A stretch of DNA of 64,000 nt, from positions 651-64,650 of the forward strand of contig JAUVLV010000007.1 in the NCBI GenBank assembly GCA_030600545.1, in the 5' to 3' direction. The notes below the pieces were generated by a model that saw only the letters and a list, made by a program, of their open reading frames with translations, did no database searches and was not told the DNA's origin. Each line of letters opens with the position of its first letter. Position 1 is the stretch's first letter. Source of the stretch: Candidatus Aegiribacteria sp. Lineage in GTDB: Bacteria > Fermentibacterota > Fermentibacteria > Fermentibacterales > JCC-6. The position numbers and the translations under genes are program-made. Positions 57,196 to 64,000 of the stretch are shown here, one piece after another.

Positions 57196-57285
57196 ATGAT
57201 TGAGTCCAGTAAGCGGAATATTCCAGAAAGATTTTCCGTTTTCGGAATAGAACTACAATAATAAAGGAAAATAATTATCAGAATT

Positions 57286-57366
57286 ATGAATGCCGGTGAA
57301 ATGGATAAAATGAGAAAAGCAGGAAGATTAGCTGTCAAATATCCAGATCAGTTCCTCATCCGCTAA
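57286..57366 (+). pseudogene. Possible 5' stub of a methionine aminopeptidase gene
   Basis: The 26-codon ORF MNAGEMDKMRKAGRLAVKYPDQFLIR has 8 of 13 identities to E. coli MetAP residues EKMRVAGRLAAEV. It is cut off where the convergent membrane-protein gene ends. Confidence 0.3.
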
Positions 57367-58237
57367 CCAGCATTGTTCTGGCAAGCTTTCCTTGAAATCT
57401 TCCTGTCATTTTTGCAAGGTGCAATGTTGAAAGAAAAAGCACAACACCGGCAATAACTACAAAGGGCATGAGCCAGACGGGTGTCCACCAGACTTCAGGG
57501 AAATCGAACACGGGTATTTTCAGAATAAGCTCGAATACCGGATCGGTAATCAGTGCAAATGATACTGCTACAAGAGTAATGAATACACTGAAGTACAGCA
57601 CGCCCAATGGCAGCATGAGTATAAGGTATATGAAAGAAGACCATGTACTTCCCGTTGAAAATATTCCCTTAACACTTCCCCACCATCCTTTGCCCTTTCT
57701 TATGAAAACCGCTCTTCTTGGCATTCTCACACCAAGAAGCGCTTCAACTATCCTGCCTTCAACGAAAGCAAGACCCCTGAAGGAGAGAAAGAACAACCAG
57801 GCAAGTGGAACACCTATAATGAGAATCAACATACCTGCGGAAAGAGAAATACCCGTAACAGTCCATGTAAAGTAAATGATACCTGTAGCCAGTGAAAGGA
57901 TCATATACAGCAGCGCGGCCCAGGCTGAGGGATCGGCAATTATACCGAAGAAAGCGGACGATCCATGTCTGGTTCTTTTCTTTGAAGAAATAAGCGGAGT
58001 GGTATACTTCTCCACATTACGATAGTGTTCCGCCACCTCCTCAGGCTCACCGTACATACAGATGATATTCTTTGCAGCTTCTTCCTTTGTTTCCTCAGGA
58101 TGCTCTGACAGTTCTATATCAAGAGCTGTACTCAGGTGATCCTCAGCATCGGACAGTGCGTCCTGTATGGTTGCTCTGTCGCTTCCCTTCAGTTCTTCTC
58201 TGAAAGCATTCAGGTAATCTTCAATCAGCCTAATCAT
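57356..58237 (-). CDS. PadR-associated integral membrane protein (DUF1700-like N-terminus)
   Basis: The cytoplasmic N-terminal helix bundle (IEDYLNAFREEL...) is typical of proteins encoded after PadR, followed by about 6 TM segments. The ATG at 58237 overlaps the PadR stop by 8 nt. Confidence 0.55.
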   Translation of the reverse strand: MIRLIEDYLNAFREELKGSDRATIQDALSDAEDHLSTALDIELSEHPEETKEEAAKNIICMYGEPEEVAEHYRNVEKYTTPLISSKKRTRHGSSAFFGIIADPSAWAALLYMILSLATGIIYFTWTVTGISLSAGMLILIIGVPLAWLFFLSFRGLAFVEGRIVEALLGVRMPRRAVFIRKGKGWWGSVKGIFSTGSTWSSFIYLILMLPLGVLYFSVFITLVAVSFALITDPVFELILKIPVFDFPEVWWTPVWLMPFVVIAGVVLFLSTLHLAKMTGRFQGKLARTMLVSG

Positions 58238-58634
58238 TGGGGACACCTCCCAGTATCTTTTCAATCAGTTTGCAAGTTCTTTTCCATATCTCCACCCATC
58301 GTCCGAGTGCTTCCGCGCCTTCATCTGTTATTCGATAATAACGCCGTGGCGGCCCGGAAACGGATGGTTCCACCCTGCTTGCAAGCAGGCCGTTACCCTC
58401 AAGAGATCTCAGTACCGGATAAAGGGCTCCATGCTTTATAAGTGGCACCGTCTGCTTCTCATCCTCTTCCATCAACTTGGCTATCTGATACCCGTACATC
58501 GGCTCATCCGCATTATTCAGAATACTCATCAGAGCAAGCGAAGTTATCCCGGCACTTAGTTCTTTCCTGTATTTTCTATCAACGACCTCGGCATTTTTTA
58601 CCGCCATATTCCCGGATTGGGACGAATCATCCAT
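58230..58634 (-). CDS. PadR-family transcriptional regulator
   Basis: LALMSILNNADEPMYGYQIAKLME...GALYPVLRSLEGNGLLAS is the PadR winged-helix signature. Confidence 0.85.
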   Translation of the reverse strand: MDDSSQSGNMAVKNAEVVDRKYRKELSAGITSLALMSILNNADEPMYGYQIAKLMEEDEKQTVPLIKHGALYPVLRSLEGNGLLASRVEPSVSGPPRRYYRITDEGAEALGRWVEIWKRTCKLIEKILGGVPND

Positions 58635-58658
58635 TTAACCATCTCCCTTTTGCAGAAT

Positions 58659-58698
58659 AGTATCATTGCAGGTGAATACTACTAGTAACTTAATACTA
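58659..58698. promoter_or_regulatory. Short inverted repeats upstream of padR (candidate operator)
   Basis: AGTAT-N12-ATACT (58659-58680) and TAGTA-N6-TACTA (58683-58698), within 65 nt of the PadR start codon. Confidence 0.25.
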
Positions 58699-58823
58699 TG
58701 TCAAGGTGAACTATACTATATGGCAATGGCCATGGAAGATACATTACAGCTTACTGCTGAATCGCTTCTCCTTTATTATGATATCCGCGCAGGAAATGAA
58801 TTTCATTTTAATCAGGGAGTACC

Positions 58824-60503
58824 ATGATATCCGAAGATAAGGAAAAAGGCATCGATTTTATCAGGGAGATCGTTGAGAGGGACATCAAAGAAGGTAAACA
58901 TGGCGGCAGGATACATACCAGGTTCCCGCCTGAGCCAAATGGCTATCTTCACATAGGTCATGCAAAGGCCATTTGCATTGATTTCGGTATCGCTGAGGAG
59001 TACGATGGGCTTTGTAATCTACGCTTTGACGATACAAATCCTGTTAAGGAAGATGTTGAATACGTCGAATCAATAATGAAGGACATCAGATGGCTCGGTT
59101 TCGACTGGGAAGACAGGCTTTATTACGCTTCAGATTACTTCAACAAAATGTATGACTACGCTGAACAGCTGGTAAAAAAAGGTGTCGCCTACGTATGCGA
59201 TCTTTCAGCAGAAGAAGTCCGTAAATACAGGGGTACTCTGACAGAACCCGGCAGGAACAGCCCCTGGAGAAACAGATCTGTGGAGGAGAACCTGGATCTC
59301 TTCAGAGAAATGAAAGCCGGTGAATTCTCCGACGGCGCCAGAACTCTTCGCGCAAAAATAGACATGGCTTCCCCCAACATGAACATGCGGGATCCCGCCA
59401 TCTATCGTATACTGAGGAAAAGCCATCACAGAACAGGTAATGAATGGTGTATCTATCCCATGTACGATTACGCCCACTGTCTTGAGGATTCCATTGAGGG
59501 AATAACCCACTCCTGCTGTTCGATCGAATTTGAGGACCATCGCCCGCTTTACGACTGGTTCCTCGACCAGCTGGATATCTTTCACCCTCAGCAAATTGAA
59601 TTCGCAAGGTTGAATCTCACTTACACAGTCATGAGCAAGCGCAAGCTGGCCATGCTTGTTGAAGATGGCCTTGTATCCGGCTGGGACGATCCTAGAATGC
59701 CGACCCTTTCCGGTCTCAGAAGGCGTGGTTATACCCCGGAGGCGATAAAGGATTTCACAGACAGAATCGGTATTGCAAAGAGGGACAGCACGGTTGACAT
59801 GGCGCTTCTCGAGTACTGCATAAGAGACGATCTTAACAAAAGGGCTGCCAGATTTATGGGGGTTCTCGATCCCCTTAAGGTTATCATTGAAAACTACCCG
59901 ATAGGTAAATATGAGGAACTGGAATTCATAAATAATCCCGAAGATGAATCCGCCGGGACCAGAATGGTTCCATTTTCAAGGGTGATCTATATAGAGAGGG
60001 ATGACTTTCAGGAGGAACCACACAAAAAGTTCCGGCGGATGGCTCCCGGAAGGGAAGTTCGCCTCAGGTATGCCTATTTAATTACATGCGTTGATGTTGT
60101 GAAAGATGATGAGGGTAATCTGAAAGAGCTTATCTGCACATACGATCCGGATACCAGGGGAGGCAACGCCCCGGATGGAAGAAGAGTAAAAAGCACGATT
60201 CACTGGGTCTCAGCGGAACATGCGGTACCCGCGGAAGTCCGGCTTTACGACAGGCTTTTCACCGTAGAGAACCCCCTTGCGTCAGATAATTTTATCGATA
60301 CAATGAATGAAGATTCTTTAAGAATTCTGAAGGATTGCAGAATTGAACCTTCGGCGGCTGATATAGAAATCGGCATACCATTTCAGTTCGAAAGGAAGGG
60401 CTATTTCTGCAAGGATACGGATTCAACTGAAGAGAATCCGGTCTTTAATAGAACAATCTCACTAAGGGATACCTGGAAAAGAATATTGAAGAATCAGAAA
60501 TAG
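58824..60503 (+). CDS. glnS: Glutaminyl-tRNA synthetase
   Basis: 559 aa. HIGH motif [17 protein letters not shown] variant VMSKRKL. GlnRS-type C-terminal beta-barrel anticodon-binding region. Confidence 0.93.
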   Translation: MISEDKEKGIDFIREIVERDIKEGKHGGRIHTRFPPEPNGYLHIGHAKAICIDFGIAEEYDGLCNLRFDDTNPVKEDVEYVESIMKDIRWLGFDWEDRLYYASDYFNKMYDYAEQLVKKGVAYVCDLSAEEVRKYRGTLTEPGRNSPWRNRSVEENLDLFREMKAGEFSDGARTLRAKIDMASPNMNMRDPAIYRILRKSHHRTGNEWCIYPMYDYAHCLEDSIEGITHSCCSIEFEDHRPLYDWFLDQLDIFHPQQIEFARLNLTYTVMSKRKLAMLVEDGLVSGWDDPRMPTLSGLRRRGYTPEAIKDFTDRIGIAKRDSTVDMALLEYCIRDDLNKRAARFMGVLDPLKVIIENYPIGKYEELEFINNPEDESAGTRMVPFSRVIYIERDDFQEEPHKKFRRMAPGREVRLRYAYLITCVDVVKDDEGNLKELICTYDPDTRGGNAPDGRRVKSTIHWVSAEHAVPAEVRLYDRLFTVENPLASDNFIDTMNEDSLRILKDCRIEPSAADIEIGIPFQFERKGYFCKDTDSTEENPVFNRTISLRDTWKRILKNQK

Positions 60504-60551
60504 GCAATCAACCGGAAAAACGGAAAGGCAGTAATAATCGGCAATCAGAAT

Positions 60552-61676
60552 GTGGAATTGATCGAATTCAGGCACCTGCTGCACAGGAATCCCGATATTT
60601 CAGGCATGGAGGATTTCACCTCAACTGCGATATTGAATCGTATCACCGGATACAAACCTGACAGGCTTGTAACAAACCTGGGAGGCAAGGGTATTGCCGC
60701 TGAGTTTACAGGATCGGATATGGGGCCGAGAATCCTCCTGAGATGCGACATGGATGCACTTCCAATAAATGAAACTATGGATATTCCTCATCGTTCCGTT
60801 ACCACTGGAGTATCCCACAAATGCGGTCACGATGGTCACATGGCGATTATGATGGGGGTTGCTGCCAGGCTCCACAAAACTCCTCCCGCAAAGGGCTCCG
60901 TAGTTCTCCTTTTTCAGCCTTCGGAAGAGACGGGAGATGGAGCCCGGAAAGTAATCGCAGACAGTAAATTCAAAGATATAGAACCCGATATCGTTTTTGC
61001 TATGCACAATCTTCCAGGTTTTCCAATGGGAAGCATCATTATGAAGAATGGAGTTTTCGCTTCTGCGTCCAGTGGTATCGTTGTGGAACTGACTGGAGTT
61101 TCCGCTCACGCGTCTGAACCTCACCTCGGAAACAGTCCTGCACTTGCCGTTGCACAGATAATCGAAGCCTTCAACGATATTTCTAGATCGAAGGTTCCCA
61201 TGGATAAAACTGCAATGGCCACTGTCATACACGCCCGGGTCGGCGAAAAAGCGTTTGGAACATCTCCTGGTAAGGGCTGCGTAATGGCAACGCTAAGAGC
61301 CTGTAGTATTGAAGCGATGAATTTCATCTCAAGAAGAGCTGAAGAAACAGCTGAGACTATCGCTAAAGCTCATAAGCTGGATTGCAGAATCAGCTGGACT
61401 CAGGATTTTCCGGTCACTATAAACTCCGGTAAAGCGGTGAATACAGTACGTGCAGCAGCCGAAAATCTCGGCCTGGAAATACTGCAGCCGGATGCCCCTT
61501 TTCCATGGTCCGAGGACTTCGGTCATTTCACGCAAACGTATCCGGGAACTCTTTTCGGCATCGGTGCAGGTATCGACGCTCCCCCGTTGCATAATCCCCT
61601 GTACGATTTCCCCGATGAACTGATTCCAGGGGGAGTCGATATCTTCATTGGGATCATCAAAGAGCTGTTGAATTGA
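60552..61676 (+). CDS. M20D-family amidohydrolase (N-acyl-amino-acid amidohydrolase / hippuricase-like)
   Basis: LIEFRHLLHRNPDISGME start, HKCGHDGH metal site, LFQPSEE. 374 aa. GTG start. Confidence 0.85.
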   Translation: MELIEFRHLLHRNPDISGMEDFTSTAILNRITGYKPDRLVTNLGGKGIAAEFTGSDMGPRILLRCDMDALPINETMDIPHRSVTTGVSHKCGHDGHMAIMMGVAARLHKTPPAKGSVVLLFQPSEETGDGARKVIADSKFKDIEPDIVFAMHNLPGFPMGSIIMKNGVFASASSGIVVELTGVSAHASEPHLGNSPALAVAQIIEAFNDISRSKVPMDKTAMATVIHARVGEKAFGTSPGKGCVMATLRACSIEAMNFISRRAEETAETIAKAHKLDCRISWTQDFPVTINSGKAVNTVRAAAENLGLEILQPDAPFPWSEDFGHFTQTYPGTLFGIGAGIDAPPLHNPLYDFPDELIPGGVDIFIGIIKELLN

Positions 61677-61803
61677 AAGATCACATAATCTGCCAATATT
61701 TACAATTCATGATATTGACATTTCCGAATTGACCGAATATTTTATTTTTGGTTTTATTATAAAATTTTGAAGGATGTTTTTATCTTTCTGGATAGGAGAA
61801 ATC

Positions 61804-62499
61804 ATGAAAACTGCGATTATATTGTTTGTTGTTATCAGTGCAGCCTCGTTTTCAACGGTACTGGTGAGTGATGACTTCAGCGATGGTAATGCAGACGGCT
61901 GGACCGAAATGCCCACTGGAGCCTCGTATACCGTAGAGGCAGGGCGGTACTGCTTTACCCAAACAGCTCCGGATACGGTCTGGGCCGATTCCTGGATAAG
62001 CGATATTGTAGGCGGCATGAGTGTATCAGATTATTCGTGCAGAGTAAACTTGATACCAAACGAAGGTGAAATGTTCGGAATAGTCGGGCGAGGAAACGTT
62101 GGCACTATTCAAGGATACGGCCTGTTCATATTGATTGATAAAATTGATAACTATTTGCTTCTTATAAAAATAGAAGGAATTGGACAGGGACAGGTACTTG
62201 GTGTAATGCCGGGTTCTTTTTCCTATGGGCAGGAATACTGGCTGAGGCTTGAGATGAACGGACATCTTATCGGCGGAAAATACTGGACCGGTAACGCCGG
62301 GGATGAGCCTGCTGTATGGAATCTTACCGCTAAAGATGATTCTTATAATGACCCGGGAATCTTCACTTTATTTGGATATGATTCCAATACTGGCGGTTCT
62401 GCTTCAATGGATGTTTCCTTTGACGATGTTGAAATAACGGATGAAACCACCCTTGATCTGCAGAGCGGTTCCTGGGCTTTCGTAAAGACTCTTTTCTGA
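61804..62499 (+). CDS. Secreted protein with concanavalin-A-like/LamG (DUF1080-like) domain
   Basis: Signal peptide, then DDFSDGNADGWTE..., typical of the start of LamG/DUF1080-type domains. The ATG at 61804 follows AGGAG. Confidence 0.45.
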   Translation: MKTAIILFVVISAASFSTVLVSDDFSDGNADGWTEMPTGASYTVEAGRYCFTQTAPDTVWADSWISDIVGGMSVSDYSCRVNLIPNEGEMFGIVGRGNVGTIQGYGLFILIDKIDNYLLLIKIEGIGQGQVLGVMPGSFSYGQEYWLRLEMNGHLIGGKYWTGNAGDEPAVWNLTAKDDSYNDPGIFTLFGYDSNTGGSASMDVSFDDVEITDETTLDLQSGSWAFVKTLF

Positions 62500-62595
62500 T
62501 CCCGCACGGAGTTCATCTGAATCCGTCACAGGCTTGAAGTATCTGTACTGTTTTTTCGCGTATTTCAAGAATGGTTGCAGACTTACTTACCTCGA

Positions 62596-64000
62596 TTACA
62601 GCATGAAGTAGACCGAATGCCCCTGTCGCCAGATCAAAAGCAGCATATCGTCGGCAGATGAGATCAGTCTGTTCAGTTCCTCGGGTGTAGTGACTTCGAA
62701 GCCGTCAACCTCCAGAATAACATCTCCGGGTTTAATTCCCACATTAGAAGCCCTGCCGGACTGTCTGACATCAACTACAAGAACACCTCTGAGGGAGGGG
62801 TCGCCAAGGGTTTCAGCTGTCTCTCTGTCCAGTTCTTCAAGAGCCCATCCAAAATCTTCAGATGTTGAAGGCATGGTGGATACAACCGTCTCATCGATAG
62901 CTCTTTCACCGAGTATTGCACGGAGGGATACATCTCTCCCATCCCGGAAAACCCCGACCTCGACTTCGCTGCCAGGATCATTTTCCGCAATCATATTCCG
63001 GAACTCTTTTGCCGTTTGAAAACCTTCTCCATCAACAGTCAGTATTACATCCCCCCTTTGAATGCCGCAGACACTGGCCGGAGTATCGCTGAGAACCTGC
63101 GATACCAGAACACCACCATCACTCTCACTCAGTCCGAAATGCTCGGCAAGGCCTGGAGTGAGTTCCTGTATAGTGACGCCAAGCCAGCCCCTCCTCACAT
63201 ATCCATGAGTAACCAGATCTTCCATAACATCGACTGCAACGTTAACGGGTATGGCGAATCCTATCCCCTGATAGTTGCCGGTTCTTGTTACTATTGCTGT
63301 ATTGATTCCAACCAGCCTTCCATCAAGGTCAACAAGGGCTCCGCCGCTGTTACCGGGATTGATGGCGGCATCTGTCTGAATGTAATCCTCGTATGCGGCA
63401 AGACCAACATCGGATCTTCCAATATAGCTTATTATTCCCTGTGTTACCGTCTGGCTCAAAGCAAAGGGAGATCCTATGGCAAGCACCCACTGCCCCACTT
63501 TCAGTTCATCGCTGTCACCTACTTCGATTACAGGCAGGTCGATTGCGTCGATGCTTATAACCGCGATGTCAGTTTCAGGATCGGTCCCTACGAGTTCACC
63601 GGAAAACCTTTCTCCACTCTGCAGAACAACTTCGAATTCGTCCGCTTCACCCACAACATGATGATTCGTGAGAATCATCCCGTCGCTTGATACAATGACG
63701 CCACTGCCAATACCTATCATGGTATACTGCTGTTCCTGCGGCATCTGAAAAAAATCTTCCCAGGGTTCCGTCATGAACGGGCTGGAAAAACCGGGGAATG
63801 AGGGCACCCTTGTGACTACAGTGGTGTGCGATGTGATGGTTACAACGCTGGGACCCACCAGTTCCGATATATCAACGAACATATTGCTCAGCATATGCGG
63901 ATCGAATACCACAGGGGGATTCTCCGGAATCGTATCAGCAAATCCAGTTGTGGAAAATATTCCGATAAGTAAGAATGATAGCAGAACGATCTGCTTAATA
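62596..64000 (-). CDS. htrA: HtrA/DegP-family serine protease with two PDZ domains (5' end runs off the window)
   Basis: Catalytic-triad regions TNHHVV, D...DIAV and GNSGGALVD. Two PDZ segments. The reading frame stays open upstream of the M at 63912 to position 63999, encoding a signal peptide (IKQIVLLSFLLIGIF...), so the start codon lies outside the window. Confidence 0.9.
   Translation of the reverse strand, partial: IKQIVLLSFLLIGIFSTTGFADTIPENPPVVFDPHMLSNMFVDISELVGPSVVTITSHTTVVTRVPSFPGFSSPFMTEPWEDFFQMPQEQQYTMIGIGSGVIVSSDGMILTNHHVVGEADEFEVVLQSGERFSGELVGTDPETDIAVISIDAIDLPVIEVGDSDELKVGQWVLAIGSPFALSQTVTQGIISYIGRSDVGLAAYEDYIQTDAAINPGNSGGALVDLDGRLVGINTAIVTRTGNYQGIGFAIPVNVAVDVMEDLVTHGYVRRGWLGVTIQELTPGLAEHFGLSESDGGVLVSQVLSDTPASVCGIQRGDVILTVDGEGFQTAKEFRNMIAENDPGSEVEVGVFRDGRDVSLRAILGERAIDETVVSTMPSTSEDFGWALEELDRETAETLGDPSLRGVLVVDVRQSGRASNVGIKPGDVILEVDGFEVTTPEELNRLISSADDMLLLIWRQGHSVYFML

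Noticed and set aside
1-64000. Searched by eye for CRISPR arrays, tRNA/tmRNA signatures (GGTTCGAATCC-type T-loops, CCA ends), rRNA, and long intergenic tandem repeats.
   Set aside because: None were seen. The largest non-coding stretches (4693-5186, 6222-6609, 11259-11570, 28866-29189, 33299-33573, 44978-45257, 55893-56131) show only AT-rich promoter-like sequence. A tRNAscan/Infernal run would be needed to exclude small ncRNAs.

Overview
This 64-kb window looks like chromosomal DNA from an anaerobic, probably uncultivated bacterium. My hand counts on sampled lines give roughly 43-47% G+C. One protein carries a T9SS/Por-type C-terminal sorting domain. Coding density is high and many gene pairs overlap by 1, 4 or 8 nt. 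I found no rRNA, tRNA or CRISPR array.

Gene content in order:
- pyrG-purF-guaA nucleotide-biosynthesis operon (minus strand).
- An HExxH protein and a fused M16 peptidase.
- mazEF, followed by a truncated asparaginase stub.
- A class III ribonucleotide reductase locus in which the glycyl-radical domain is a separate 56-codon ORF.
- An ArsR/SmtB operon with two cysteine-rich proteins; one is an unlisted 45-codon ORF and the other is secreted.
- A large tungsten/molybdopterin-related region (15.5-38 kb): wtpABC-like tungstate transporter plus an Fe-S protein, thiF-like, an unusual split aldehyde:ferredoxin oxidoreductase (AOR) operon with NuoE/NuoF-like subunits, a ThiS/MoaD-like GG protein, and a mobB/modE-like, moeA, moaA, moaC, MOSC-moaB operon. 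This region is interrupted by signalling genes.
- Four soluble hybrid histidine kinases, two of them translationally coupled to FIST proteins.
- A seven-repeat secreted protein, ygiQ, a TauE-family exporter and an ATL (alkyltransferase-like) protein.
- A lower-GC islet next to an IS110 remnant that contains a free-standing archaeal-type ThrRS editing-domain homolog.
- A PadR operon, glnS, an M20 amidohydrolase and a partial htrA at the window edge.

The strongest candidate for something new is the split AOR / NuoEF-type operon at 20139-25497. The two-piece NrdD and the ArsR-controlled cysteine-rich proteins come next. All functional calls rest on motif and family recognition by eye from the translated ORFs. 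No database search was possible.
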